Below, one piece after another: positions 27,830-42,310 of a stretch of 64,000 nt of DNA. The notes beneath the pieces were generated by a model that was given only the letters and a program-made list of their open reading frames with translations, did no database searches and was not told the DNA's origin. The stretch is from Eledone cirrhosa (taxonomy: Eukaryota): contig OZ024740.1 of the NCBI GenBank assembly GCA_964016885.1, forward strand, positions 295,616,001-295,680,000, read 5' to 3'. Both the position numbers and the translations under genes were made by a program. Positions within the stretch are counted from its first letter, which is position 1. Every line of letters begins with the position of its first letter.

Positions 27830-28924
27830 TGTATGATTGAATCCTTTCATTTTGTTGTTTTTATGAAATCGTATGAAAGTACATATTCGGCGGCATGTAA
27901 TGTTGTGGCTTTAAGAATAACAAAACCGCTAAAGAAACAGCTAAGAAAATGTGTAGTGTTTATGGCCCAGGTGTCATTACTGACCGCCAAGTCCGAAACT
28001 GATTTTCAAAGTTTCGTTCTGGGGAAACGTCATTGAGGTATAAACCCAGACCAGGACGCTCATCAGACCTCGATGAAGGTGGTTTAATAAAATTAGTGGA
28101 ATGCAATCCGCACAAAAGTACACGACAATTAGCACTTGACCTCAACACATCCCAATCCACAATCTGCCACCACTTGGAAAAGATAGGAAAAGTGAGCAAG
28201 CTAGGTGCTTGGGTTCCTCATACTCCTATTGGGAAGAATAAGTAAGATCGCATATCCACAGCGACAAGTCTTCTTTCAAGGCAGAGGAATGACCTGTTTC
28301 TCAAGACTGTCATTACAGGTGATGAAAGATGGGTCTTTTATGGCAATGTTTAATGCAAAAGGCAGTGGATTGACAAGGAGAAATCTCTGCAGCCTACCCC
28401 AAAGGCGGAGCTTCTTGAAAGAAAAGTTATAATGGAAAAGTTATGTATGGTGGGATCACCATCATTTTGAGTTTTTAAACTGCAATCAGACACTCAATGC
28501 AGATTATACTCTCAACAGCTGCAGCATGTGCATGAAAATATAAGAAAACGCCAACAGGAAACGTTGTTCTTCTCCATGATAACGCAAAGCTACATTCAGC
28601 AAGAATCACGTAGGAAAAATTATTGGATTTAGGCTGGTCTGTACTACCCCATCCACCATAATCACCAGACCTTACACCAAGTTATTTCCATCGCTTTCGT
28701 TCTCTACAAAATGCTGTGAATGGCAAAAAATGTTCTCAAGAAGATCAAAACCAGCTGAATTTTACTTGAGAGGAATCAAAAAGCTACCTGATAAATGGCA
28801 AGAAATGATTCAAAATAATGGCGAATATACTATTGACTGAAATTATTAAATTATTGAAATTGTTAAATTATTCATGAATAAATTATTTTACTAAAACGGA
28901 AATTATTTATGACTCAACCCAATG
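27830..28924 (+). mobile_element. Degenerate mariner transposon (5' end missing)
   Basis: RPGR, STRQLA..L..SQSTI..HL, WVPH, ITGDERW, HDNA, HPP*SPDL motifs; TIR-like end aattatttatgactcaacccaat. Confidence 0.92.
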
Positions 28925-29585
28925 TATTTGTGCATAGAGTGTCCATATTGAAAATCATCAATATCTTTGTTATATCTAATTATTGCGTGTTTGTATGCGT
29001 ACGTACGGTTGTATCTGTTGCGCATGTGTATGAGAGAAATCCTTACGGCCTCAGTGAAATAAGCAACCTTGCCGAAAGTAAAGAACAAATAAAAAAAATA
29101 TATGTATAGAAATTAAAAACTACTTTTCGGAGAGGGAAATAAATAGTAAGTTTCTTTGGTTACATTTCAAAAGGAAGTTGAAGTGAAACTATAGTTGCTG
29201 ACATTGCCTCAAGTTAAGGAAAAGCGGAAGAATGTGGCGGTAGAGTTGGGGAACGACAAGCTGGAAATTGACAATTGGAAGAAAATAATTAGAAATATTG
29301 TAAAGACGTCTAAAACGCAGGAAAATGATTGGATTACCAAAACATAAAGAGAAAATAGGATTTAATGACATATTACTAATTGGCTTGCCCCACCCTAAAT
29401 AATAAGTCTCAATTATGACGTAGGCACATCATCTGGAATTATTCATAGACTCCATTTTGATACGATTATGACTTAAACATAAAAGCTAATGATGGGATGT
29501 AGGGGAACTTCATTGGAGTGGCTAGTGTGCCTGCAGCAACAACTGTCTTGATCGCCTATTATTTCTTCATTATTCTAATTTATTT

Positions 29586-29775
29586 AGGGCGGTGGATTGG
29601 CAGTATCGGTAGAGAGTCGGACGCTATGCTTTCCAGCATGGTTACGTCCCTTTACGGTCTGAGTTCAAAACCCGCCGAGGTTTACTTTGCCTTTCATCCT
29701 TACGGGGTCGATACAATACAGTACCAGTAATGCACTGGGTATTTGCTGGCCTTGTGCCTAACGTAGAAACAATTA
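29586..29775 (+). mobile_element. tRNA-derived SINE
   Basis: Matches 16267-16455; flanked by attattctaatttatt direct repeat (probable TSD). Confidence 0.9.
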
Positions 29776-30005
29776 TTCTAATTTATTCCCGTCTCCCTTT
29801 ATTGAGAGTTTTCTTCTTTTCACCAATGTCTAAGATTTCCCCACAATATAAACGGAAATAGTTTTCAATTATATGGGGCATATTTTGATCCGCCATTTAA
29901 TAGCTTTATTGTAACTAATCATTTACTATTTCATACTTATTTATACATATCTACATATCTATCTATCTATCTATCTACCTTTCTTTCTCTCTCCCACCCC
30001 CTCTC

Positions 30006-30057
<52 letters not shown>

Positions 30058-30577
30058 CGTGTGTGTGTGTGTTGGTTTACGAATCTAGCCGAAGAGAATC
30101 GGTGAAGCTCCAGCCGTCACTTATTCAATGATATTACAAAATTGGTACGTAAGAAATACAACTTAATAACTCAGGGTGCACACAATTCCGTTGTTAGTAA
30201 GTAAACGGCAGCACATGGGTGGACTATCGGTAGTTTCTGTACTACAGTCTGTTCATAATAGTTACAGCAGCAACTATCATTCACAGTAGTTACGTAATAT
30301 CTTCAGACATTACACAACTGGGTACTGCAAAGCGTCCTCAGTTGCTGAGCCCCCACCTCAAACGAAGAAGTCTTTCTATACGACTCATTCAAGTCCAGCC
30401 ATTGCCATCTCCAAGTGTAGTAATTTCAGTCTTGTCATTACAAGTGACCTCCCAAAGAGGAGGTTAATAAAAAATCGGCAGTTATGAGAAAACACGATGG
30501 CGAGAAATTCAAGAACTGAAATCAGGCCATTAGCTCTCAACCAGTCTAATATAGTAAAGAACAAAGACAGTTGCAAT

Positions 30578-30660
30578 ATATTGGGTCGTCAAGTATGAAA
30601 TTTGTAGAAATTTGTAGAAAAGAAAACAAATTTCTACAAATTTCATACTTGATCCAATAT
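30578..30660. repeat. 83-bp hairpin / MITE-like element
   Basis: atattgg..tcaagtatgaaatttgtagaaatttg and its reverse complement. Confidence 0.6.
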
Positions 30661-31033
30661 ATATATATTGAGAGAGATGGGGTAGAAAGCAAAACGTGGG
30701 AGAAGAATGAAGAGAAAAGAAAAGAAAAGAAAAGAAAAGAAAAGAAAGGAAAAGACAAGAAAGAATGACTGAATGTTACCTTTAATCCCAAAATATTTCG
30801 GATTTAATATCCATCATCAAGTGGGGTCTCAAGGGAGGGAGAGGGCTTCAGAGAAATCAGAGGTATCCTTCCTGGTAGACCTCATCTCTTTTAATTCCCT
30901 TTCGACTTGTTACCTTGGCAATTCTAACCCTCTTGCATTGCATGGCTTTCTAAAGATACCCACTTATCATTTTCATATCCTACAAACCTTCTAGCAAACT
31001 AACTCAATGATATTTATAGGTTTTGTACGTTAG

Positions 31034-31116
31034 AACCCTATAAATCAGAGTGCACAAAATATCGTTATTAGTAACAACCCTATAAATCAGAGTGCACAAA
31101 ATATCGTTATTAGTAA
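31034..31116. repeat. Tandem duplication of ~42 bp
   Basis: aaccctataaatcagagtgcacaaaatatcgttattagtaa twice. Confidence 0.85.
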
Positions 31117-31386
31117 GCAAAAGGCAGCACGTGGGTAATGATATCAGTATATCATATCATATCTATCTATCTGTCTATCTATCTATCTATCGCTGATAGT
31201 AGACGTGTGTTACTTCGGCTGCAGCCTTTTGGATTTGTATTACGTGTTTGACTGAGTTTGTGTTTCATCTGTTTTATTTGTGTGACCTAACCTCCCGCCT
31301 GGACTTGCAGACGGGTGGTTATTTTATTTTTACCCCCTTTTAGGGGTACAAACTACTTTGAAAAATGTGTATACCAACTTACAATA

Positions 31387-33331
31387 ATGGACACCATACA
31401 TGAAAACATCACTGCCACGCCCCCAGGGAAAGTGATAAAGAGCAACAATTGACTCAACCTACTGAAGCTTCCCTTCTCTCGCTTTCGCATGCGATTATGG
31501 AAGTGGATTTGGCGAACAATTGTAAAAACTTGGGTAATAACCCAAACAATGGAAACAGTAAATTGAAAGAATGTATAAATTACACTGACACCAACAACAC
31601 CAACACAAATAACAAAGAAAATAACACAAACACACACAAAAGCGAAAACAGCAGCAACAATGACAAAGAAAACAACATAAATGTGAACTCAAAACACGAA
31701 AAAATGGGTGAAAACCCAAAAAACTGTATCGCAAACAACGACAACCAAAACGCAAACACCCAAGAAAACAAGAAGAACAGCAACGAAACACAAAAAATAG
31801 ATCCCACTACACGAATATCATTTGCCCAGGTCGTTAAGGAGACCGAAACTCTCACCCCAGTAGACATCAATAATGCAGCGGAATTGCGAAAAGAAGGGAG
31901 AAAACGATGAATTCACCATAATCTCCCCTAAGGATATTAAAAGAGACATGGTCCTAAGGACAATTAATTTTAGAACTATATCAAATGCGTCGAAAGAACC
32001 AGCTCAATTATCGCATAGCGAAATTGAGCTGGTGTTAAAAGACGCGTTGAAGGACATGATTTTTATTGAGAGAGGGAAGTTATATGGAGTCTGACAATTT
32101 TGATGAAGGACCAATTGGTGGCCTAAAAATACTCGGTGTCGCCAATTGCGTCCAAACAGTACACTTTCTTCCCCACCTACATGGGAAGAAAACTAAAAAA
32201 ATAACAATCTCCGGTATACACCCACATACAAATATGTGGTGCATACTAGGAGGGATACTGGACGACGAAGATGAACTCCTTGATATAGGCAAAGCCACCA
32301 GGGGACACTTTGGCGGTATAGGTTTACAGGTTCTGGTTCGAATGAAACCAGAACGTATCGCACAGATACCCCAAAGAGTGTCCCTGGAAGACTCCCAATT
32401 TATGAACATTGCAGTTGAGGGTAGGCGGCCCGCTTGCTACCTCTGTGGAGGCAGAGGTCACCTGAGGACTGCCTGTCCTCAACAAACTAAAAAACCTTTA
32501 TTGCCAACACCTCCAAAAACAACAACACCACAACAACAACAACACCACAACAACAACAACACCACAACAACAACAACAAACACAAGTCAACAAAAAACTG
32601 AACACGGACCCCCCCCCCAAAACAACTCCACAAACAAAAACACAATCACCACCACCACCCCAATAACAACAAACACAACAAGTCAACAAAAAACTGAACA
32701 CGGTCCCACCCAACCCCTCCCCACCTAAAACAACTCCAACAACATACATAACAAAACCCCAAAATATACCCCTCCCCTCCAACATGGAAGAGGATCCCTT
32801 AACGTCAGAAGACGAGGGGGAACACTTCCAAAAAATAAAGCGAAAAAAAAAAGAAAACACACCTCACCCACACAAAGAAAAATAACCCCTCCCCAAAACA
32901 CAAAAAATACAGAACAAAAACCAACAAAAATTACACAGACACAGCTATACACATACTTCAACACAAAAAATATAAAACTTGTAAACAAAATTGAACAAAA
33001 CTCTTCGGGGCAAACCGAAGGACCAAATTTCACGAGGGACACAGAGAACCCCTCTTTAAAAATGATTAAAACTCCGCTAGACATTTATATAGAACTAAAA
33101 GACAATTTTCCTGAGGACGTGGCCCCCCCCCCCCCCTGTGTAAAACCAATGAACCGCGTCCTCTTGAAAAATTTCCCCACCCCCACCCCAGACACCCACA
33201 CCACACCAAACACCCCAACTCCACCACACTCTGATGTCCCCACACCACCACAAACCACCACCCCACCCAACAACCCGTCCCTCACTCCCATGGAAGTTGT
33301 GCAGCCCGGTCCCCGGGACGTAAGGAGGTAG
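31387..33331 (+). pseudogene. LINE ORF1 (frameshifted) with zinc knuckle
   Basis: SFAQVV motif, VEGRRPACYLCGGRGHLRTACP, N/T/P-rich low complexity. Confidence 0.75.
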
Positions 33332-33365
33332 GTGCATTTTCTTTTTCTTCCCCTTCACCGCCAAC

Positions 33366-36229
33366 ATGGCTGTGTTGAGAGTAGGATGTTTGAATGCGCG
33401 TGGTCTGAGCTCACCTTGGAAGCAGGCAAAACTTCTAAATGACCTCAGGTCGTACAGTATAAATGTCATGGCTATTTGCGAGTGCAGGGTCAGCAGCGAT
33501 CGCCAGCTAGCCCCCACCTTTAACGACTTTGAGATCTATGCATCTCTCTGTCAGCCAGGGGGTGGGGTTGTCGTTCTGCTGCAAAAACACCTGGACCTCG
33601 CAACGCAGACGGTGCACTTGGACCCGGGGGGGGGGGGTCGACTGGTGGTACTAGACGTTGACAGTGGTGAAGGTGGAGCCTTTAGGCTTGTTGCCGCCTA
33701 TGCCCCCTTTGGGGCAGCAAGGCCGGACTTCTTTCAACATCTGGAGACTTTTCTAGGGACGTCCCACTCCTTGCTTTTAGTGGGGACTGGAATGGTACCC
33801 TAGATACACGTTGGGACTATGTAGGGGCATGTCCCGATAGAGGGGGGGGGGGTGTAACAGCCTCAAACGGTTAATCGGCCGATTTGACCTGGCCGATAGA
33901 TATCGACTAGATTTTCCGACTGCGCCAACCTGGGCTTGGACTAACCATAGCGGATCATCTAGGTCGTACCTAGATAGGGTCCTAGTTAGAAATAAGGATA
34001 GGGACCTACTAAGTTGTCCAGAGATGCGCATGGTTGGCTATTCAGATCACAAATTATTTACCTGCTTAGTCAACCTTGATAGAACGCATAGGCAGGGACC
34101 CGGTTACTGGAAGCTGACAGGGATCGGATTAGCGCTTTAGTTAAGGAACGGTTGACGGGGGCTATCGTCAACAGCAGGTGGTGGGGCTCTCTCAAGAGAG
34201 AGATTAGGGTAGTCTCGATAGGTTTTAGTAAGGAATTAGCCTCAGATGGGAATAGGAAGGAAATGGAGTTGGTAGATAGAGTAGAAGAGGCGATTAGAAG
34301 CGGCAAGGTAGCCAGAGTGCTAGCGTGGAGAACGGCCTTAGACCAGTTTTTCGACGCGAAACACGAAGGCTGCGTTGTCAGAAGCAAAATACGTGCTCTA
34401 AGAAACGAGGGGGTCAAAGCTGTTAGCTGGGCCCGCGTGACAGAAGCCAAAAGTGGGATTAAATCCACTATCTGGTATTTGAAGGACCAGGATGGACGGG
34501 TGATCCTTGAACCTGGACAGATGTGTGAGGCCTTTCAAAGGCACTTTGCACGACTGTTCGGGAGGGGCGGGGGCCGGAGGGGGATGGGGAATTCGGTCCA
34601 TACCTCGACGGCCTACCGCGTCTTCGAACGAGGAGGCGAAGTCCTGCGAAAAGCCGATTTCAGCAGCTGAAATAAGGGACGTGGGGAGCCAATGCGGAAA
34701 ACGCAATCCCCGGCCCCCGATGGTCTTCCATACGAACTTTATGTAACGATGCCGACTTTTTCTCCGATCTCCTCGAGGCGGTCTACTGCAACTGGCAACA
34801 GAACGGGAGAATTCCCTGTTCTGTGACCAAGGGCGTAGTCTCGCTAGTGAGGAAGGACGAGAACAGGGGGGGGGGGATGAAATAAGTAATTTCAGGCTCA
34901 TAACTCTGCTAAATGCGGAGTTAAAGATTTTGGCCAAGGTGTTAGCAAAGAGGTTGGCGCTTGTCGTGGGCAACCTGGGTGGGAGATGCGCAGACATGCG
35001 CTATCCCGTCCAGGTCCATTCACGACAACCTCCACCTCATGCGATACATCATAGAGGGGGTAGGGAATGAACCCGGCTTTGGTGGGGCCCTGATCAACTT
35101 GGATCTATCTAAGGCGTTCGATAGTGATAACCATGGTTACCTGGATGCGGTGCTAGCGGCGGCAGGTTTCGGACCCGTTTTCAGGGGCTGGATTACTGCC
35201 ATGCACAGCAGCCGCATCTGCTCGAGGGTCAAGGTGAACGGCTACCTCTCGGAGCCGTTCCAAATCGCGCGGTCCATCCGACAGAGGTGTCATCTCTCCT
35301 CCCTTCTGTATGTGCTGGCTCTCGAGCCACTGCTGCGGAATTTGGAGTTGAGAACCGAGATTGCGGAAAGCGGTGTCGGCCTACGCCGATGACGTGACAG
35401 TAATGGTGTCGAGTACCTCGGAAATCGGGGCGATCGGCACCTTACGTTTGTGAGGCGAGCCTTTCCGAGACTCGTCTCGCTTCTGGGTCAAGTAAAGACC
35501 GAGAAACCTGGGCGCCTGGCACACGGAGTGTGCTCAGGCGCTCATGGCTCCCTGGCAGGCGGACCCAGCTATCAGTGGAGACTCCACCTCGACATTCTAT
35601 AGAGAGTTGGTCAGCAGCAGGTGCGACGACGCCCTCGGAGAAGCCCTAGGAATGGAGAAGGAAGAACTGGCCATCCTGTTCAGTAGGACATTTGGCCCGG
35701 GCCCAATGGACGACTTTCAGCGGTCCCTGGACTGGCAGTGCTACCGTGGGGCTCTGCCCGTTCGAGACAAGCTCTACAGACATGGGCGCCCGGGTAGGGA
35801 CCCTTCGAAAAAGATCTGTCCGAGATGCGTGCGCGACGAGGAAACCGTCTCGCACGCATTGGTACACTGCCCGGACGTTGCCGACCTGTGGGGCTATGTG
35901 GAACGACTGCTGTCACGGGTGGGACCAATCCGGTTGACCACCGAGTCCATTATTACGATCAAACCGCCTCCCCCCTTCAAAAACGAAGGAGAAGCGGTCT
36001 TCCTCTGTGTAATAGCCATGGTGAAAGAGGTATGGTGGGCGCGTTTGAAAGGGCTGAGGTCGGGCACCTTTCTCTCCGGCCAACAACTGGTCTTTTCTTC
36101 CGATATCATTTCGGAAGAAGGATCAGGATGGGGAGAGAGGTACTCCACCCCAGCCAGTTTTATGAAAGGTGGGTGAAAGTGGCGAGAATGGCCCGTATGA
36201 ATGGGCCTTCTCTCTATATCAGCCTGTAG
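33366..36229 (+). pseudogene. LINE ORF2 (APE endonuclease, RT, zf) disrupted by frameshifts and stops
   Basis: LRVGCLNARGL, SYLDRV, SDH, DLSKAFD, LS.LLYVLALEPL, YADDVTV, CPRC..DEETVSHALVHC. Confidence 0.88.
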
Positions 36230-38359
36230 GTGAAAAAGATGGAAGAACAAGGGAGCACCCTTTCTCTGTGCACCTGAGGAGAAGGGTTGCACACTTTCTC
36301 GGCGGTGTTTGCGACCCCCAAAACGCCTCCTCCCTATTGAGGACTTTATTGTTAATTTTATATTTGTTATTTGTTTTTTACTCGTTCTTTTGTGTAACCC
36401 CCCCCCTTGTATTTGTCCCCTTCTTTTGTGTACTCGTGGCAATAAATAGAAATTTATCTATCTATCTATGCATAATCAAAATTATAAATTTATATTTATA
36501 CCTACATATATTTTGGCAGAACATTTAAATGTATACGTGTATATACATGAATACATAGAATTTCAAATTTACATTTACATTGCTTTTATTATATCACGCC
36601 AGTTCAAAAGCGCGCTAAGTCATGACAATCTCATCATATGTTGGTCATATAATTCTAATACTATATTATCCAATGTATTGTAAGATATAACATTTTTTCT
36701 TGGGGCTGTAGGATGCAATTTAAGGGAAAATTGACTGTTATTCTTAGCAGGTAGAGTGATTATTAGCGACTCTTTGGCTCTTTTATGCATATATAGATAG
36801 ATACAACATGTGCCTAACCTATCAGAGGTAAAAAGAGAATTGCAACTTATATCATATATTATATAGAATATAGTTAATACATCTCGGTGTTTTTGTTGTT
36901 GTTGTTGTAAGCCTTTTAGCATCCTTCAAAGAGGATGTTAAAGAGTTATGGCCATTTTATCAAATCGAATCTAATAAAGGTTTTGTTACCAAAATCTAAC
37001 TACCGAATTATTTTCAATAAGGGTCTTATCTCTTATGTTTAGAAACATATTTGTTGCAAGCTGCCATATCATTTTTGTTTTCTATCTCCCATACGACTAA
37101 ATATGTAAGTAATCTACAGCAACTTTTACGTGGTCGACAGAAAAGCAAACAAATTTCTCTTAAATTACGTATAGCCATCTTTAAACATGATAAAATGGAT
37201 GATGTAGTCCGAGACACATTAGTCCTGAAAAAGAAAAAGGCTTGATGTTCATTATTTAAATATCTTTTCTCTAAATGGACACTCCTAATAACTATTTGAG
37301 GACTTCGGCCAAAAGAATGCTGTTGCAAATGACAGCCAAATATTTGACAATGGCTGGCACGAGAACCTCCTAAAGGACATGCCTGCATACAGATTTCGTC
37401 TGTATCTCATCTCTTAGATTGACAGTTTCCGGTCAATATGCTCTAACAAAGTGCTGTATCCAATACATACGCTCTCAACGGTGATGTACTTCAGAGTCCT
37501 ATTTTGACTCCTGCATTCTTACTTCTGTATAATTGCGTGTGTGTTTGCGAGCGAGAGAGAAAGAGAAAGAAAAAGAGAGAGAAAGAGAGTGAGGGGGGGG
37601 GGGGGGGAGTATGCGTGCGAGTTGGCAGCACTACCTGAACATAGAGTCCACTTAATAACTGGTGAATATGATATGACACCAAAGAGTCTAAAGTCTAAAG
37701 AGCCAACTGCTACTCGATCAGTGTTTACGTCTAACATAAATTGTTGTGAGCGACGTCTTTATTTTCCAACACTTTATTTATAGACTGATGTAAACATACC
37801 ATCTGTATATACAATACCTTTGTAGTCAGAAAAAAGAGAGATCAGCCCGATTAGTTTCAATCCTGTATTGAGACTATCAGCGACTGAGTACCATCTTTAA
37901 CCGCCTACACATTACTAACTACATACATACATACATACATACATACATACATACATACATACATACATACATACATACATACATAAATTCATACATACAT
38001 AATGGCTGCCCCCTCGTTATCGAGTATGGCCATTGCACAATATACCATTATTAACAATTATTAATTAATTCTATCGTGCAATGCCTGTGCGTAAAGATTC
38101 TTTTATAAAGACTGTGCACTGAGCCAATTCCATTCTCTGAGCGACAGTAGCTATAACCCGAAAAGAAGAAAGATCATCATCATCGGTAACTACTGAGCCG
38201 CAGGTTTTATGTCGGAGTTATCCCAGTTACATGAGTTGCCTTCTCCTAGAAGAATGCCCAGGTCTAACTGCGCAATCGAGTATCCAGCCCGATTATTTCT
38301 ATGTCCCCGCGCATATACATACACATGCATACAATATATATATATACATACATATATAT

Positions 38360-38728
<369 letters not shown>

Positions 38729-38943
38729 TATTTACGTATCGAGAAAGAGAAAAAAATGGGAGGATAGGTAATACATATAGTTATTTGCCAAGTAGCGTAT
38801 GCCAAAGGTGCTCGATACTAGTGCCGGCAGTATTAAATATTCGAAGTGTTAATATTTAGTGGGCTAGAGAGTTAGCAGAGCGTAAGCACGTGGGAAAGTA
38901 AGAAATCGGAGAATAGACCGTTAAAGCATGTTTATTTAAAACA

Positions 38944-38990
38944 GCACCTACGTACGTTTCGCCCAGTTGGACTTCTCAAGGGCATAAATA
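38944..38990 (-). ncRNA. Minimal hammerhead with U3-A8 core variant (family E pLTR)
   Basis: gccc-TTGAGAA-GTCC-aact-GGGC-GAAA-CGTACG-TA-ggtg; stem I weak. Confidence 0.65.
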
Positions 38991-39299
38991 ATCAAAAGTG
39001 TTCCTTATATTGCTCGGAAAGAGTTTTTGGAGTTAAATCCACATCAAGTTTCATTGCTCGCAAAAATAGCTTGTTTTGATTTTGCAGCAGGTCAAGGGAG
39101 GTAACTCTGTCCGGTGTTAGGGCAGCCTTTCCCGGACAATTTTTTTTTCTTTTTTTGCCGCATCTGTTTGTCTGAGGCTGGGTCTGGTATGCAAGGATTG
39201 TTTCCTGGGTGTTATTTTGCAGCGCCTGCCCGCCGGGGTGTTAAGACTTGTTGCAGGGAGATCCGGTGTACGGTTTCACTCTTCATCCTTAACCCATCT

Positions 39300-41999
39300 G
39301 AAGAAAGATTTTTTTAAGCGATGTGTACAACTTATCGCTGTTTCAGCTCTGCTGTTGAGGAGCTTGTGGGGTTCAGTTATGATGTGGTAGAGCTCCATGA
39401 GGCAAAGATCGCATTTCCTCTTGAAGTTGTACGGTGCAGCCCTACCGACAATCTCCCAGTGCGTGGAGAAGCTGATGTTTAAGTCCTTTAGTAATGTGAT
39501 GTAGTCCGCGAGCGAAGTGGAGTGCCTTAGTTTTCTATTTGTGAAAGAGTGGAGATGTGTTCGAAACCTAATTTTGAACGGGCCGGAGGTAGCCCCTATA
39601 TAATGTTTAACGCTATTGTGGCTAGTAATAGTGCATCTATATATAACCCTATCAGTCAAGCAGTATCCTCTAAGGGGGAAGCGTCCTCTGTCGCGGCAGT
39701 TGCAATTTCTGTCGCGGTTCCGTCTATTTCCCACGGTAAGGCTATCATTGTTGCTGCCTACGTTGTTACCTACGCTATCGCAGCTGTCATTAGCACCATT
39801 ACAACCCACAGCACGCGGGTGGTGCGATTGTTATTCCGCACGTCATGTCCTGCATGTTCCCCAGTCATTTCGCGGTTATGCTGGTTGCGTCTGCGGGTGC
39901 CGTTGTCAACACTATTGGATGCTGCCAGGGAGTTGTTAAGGCCGATATAGTTATTGTCAGGTGTAGGTGCGTCTGTGTCGAGGTGCTGTGTCTTGGTGAT
40001 CTTACAGTGGTTCGTTGTTCCTATGATGTCTGCTAGGTTAGGAGTAGTAGAGAGGGATATTTTTATATTGTTCCTATTAAGAATTTTTCTATACCTATGG
40101 TTGGGCGGGAAGTTCTTCTCTAAGGCTTCGAAGAACATCCGGGGTAAGTTGGAGGCCACACTCCGAGAGTAGGTGGGGGGAGGGGACCATAGGACGTTAA
40201 GGTGGCGATTACGTGTCCTTGTATTTTGCTACGGGTGGTTCCATCTAGGTGACCGCTCTTATGTGTGTTAATGCGCAGTCGCCCGTTCGGTGCCCCTTTC
40301 ACTTTATGCTCGGGTGCACTCTTCCTACCTCTTCCATATTTATGTACACGAAGATGTTGGTTGGAAGGCGTTGATAGTAGGCCGTCGCCTTTGTTGGTTT
40401 TGTAATAGGGGAACAGTTCGAGTAATCTACAGTGTTCACCGTCGCCGGGGTCGTGATCTTTAGTGCGGTTATCTATTCTATTATATCCGACTTCAACGAG
40501 GTCGCCGCGTGATCGGTTATAGGTATGGCTTACTATAACGTTCGTTTTATGAGGGGGGTCGTTTCTAGAGCTAGCGTTAGGGATGTAGGAAATTCCTCGG
40601 TTAAAGTCGGTGCTTATCAAGGCCCTATTGTAGTAATCTGCCGCTTGGTTGAAGATATCCTCATTGGCGGATAGCCTCGAGATTCTATGTGAGATACTAT
40701 AGACTATGGAGTTGAGAGTCTGCTTAGGGTGGTTGGAGGCATAATTAATATAAGAGAGGCACTCTCCAGGCTTATGGTATGGCTTGTATAAGCCCGTACT
40801 CAACTCCAGGGTCACGTCCAGAAAGTTGACAACCCTGTGGTTGAGGTTCATAGTTACGGATAGGCCGTATGACTTGAAGAACCTGTGTATATGTTTGTTA
40901 AGGTTCTCTATCCTACGGGGGCTACGGTTCTTAACGGTAAACAGGGCGTCGTCCCTATATACACCTCCTTGTAGGGCCGGTATCTCTTCCCTAAGCTTAT
41001 GTAGGAGGTATATCCCGACCAGGTCAGTTGCTTGCGCTGAGTCACTGAACCCCATCGTGACATTGAAGTTATCAGGACGGTTGGTTCTGGTCCAGTGGGA
41101 GCCTTCGAACTGGATAATGGATCTACGCGCCGCTAGAATTATGTCTATTTCTTTTTTAGTGAGGCTAGTGTTAGATCTAGCTAAGATAAGTGCCTTATTT
41201 AAGAGTATGGGGGAGATAGAGGCGTAGTAACTATCTATATCAAACTGGATGAATTTCAAGGTGGCTTTATCCGGCAACTCGGTGAATCAATTTATGACCT
41301 GGTCGGTGTTGCCCCAGAGGCAGACCTTAGCCTTTCTATTAAGCTCCAGTAGTACTCTGTCGAGGATCACTTTACTAATCTTACCTATATCTGATGTAAA
41401 GGGGCATATTAGTCTAATAGAGGGGCTTTCATTAAAGTTATATTAGTGATCCTTAAGAGAGAATTTAGGCGTACGGGTTATCGTACTTTTCTATTTCTAA
41501 GCTGGTGACTATATCCTTCCCTACTCTATTTATGTCATTTAAGGTACTAGAGGGTGTCTTTTTGTAGTCTTTGTGTAGTTCCTTATAGATGAATTTGTTT
41601 ATACTTACTCGCGTCCATCTTGTACAGCTTTTTGGCTTTGTCGGAGGTGACGAAGAGGTGCGGGTCATTCTTGATCTTAGTTATTAGTGTATCAAGGGAC
41701 GTTAAGAATGGATTGCTGCATTGGTGTTTCTTTCTGAACTTAACGTTTTTGATCATTTTCAGCAGGTCCTCTTCAAAGGAGTCCAGTAAGGTGTTGTGCG
41801 GTGGGTTTCGGTATGTTTTGAAGCCATACCTCTCTTTGGGTTCAGGAAGGTTACGGGTGTTCTTATCCAGGTGGTAGGCCTTCCATCTGACTCTCCGTAT
41901 AAACGAATTAGTAGCGTCTATAAGCAGTGTAAGGTAGGTTTTTCTGCTGGGTAAGGGGATACACTTGAGAGACATGGATAACGGCTGGTTCTCCAACAT
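39300..41999 (-). pseudogene. PLE RT + GIY-YIG ORF broken by several frameshifts
   Basis: SLKCIPLP, FIRRVRWKA, SDK, FIQFDIDSYYASIS, TMG.SDSA, GVYRDD, SNHP, CNC, VIY..YIG, CDLC. Confidence 0.9.
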
Positions 42000-42263
42000 A
42001 ATGGCAAATAAGGTGAGATACTCTACAAAAGGAGCACGGTAATACAGTATTTACGTATCGAGAAAGAGAAAAAAATGGGAGGATAGGTGATACATATAGT
42101 TATTTGCCAAGTAGCGTATGCCAAAGGTGCTCGATACTAGTGCCGGCAGTATTAAATATTCGAAGTGTTAATATTTAGTGGGCTAGAGAGTTAGCAGAGC
42201 GTAAGCACGTGGGAAAGTAAAAAAATCGGAGAATAGACCGTTAAAACATGTTTATTTAAAATA

Positions 42264-42310
42264 TCACCTACGTACGTTTCGCCCAGTTGGACTTCTCAAG
42301 GGCATAAATA
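42264..42310 (-). ncRNA. Second copy of the family E hammerhead
   Basis: Same core in the upstream pLTR. Confidence 0.65.

Larger units (their letters stand above)
31191..36452 (+). mobile_element. Near full-length degenerate Tx1/L1-clade LINE in (TATC)n
   Basis: ORF1 with CCHC knuckle; ORF2 APE, RT and C-terminal zinc finger; internal deletion near 35450; AATAAA at 36441; (ctat)n both flanks. Confidence 0.9.

Noticed and set aside
37169-37224. Small minus-strand exon (ttttcag...gtaatt)
   Set aside because: Splice-like signals only; no recognisable peptide or other support.
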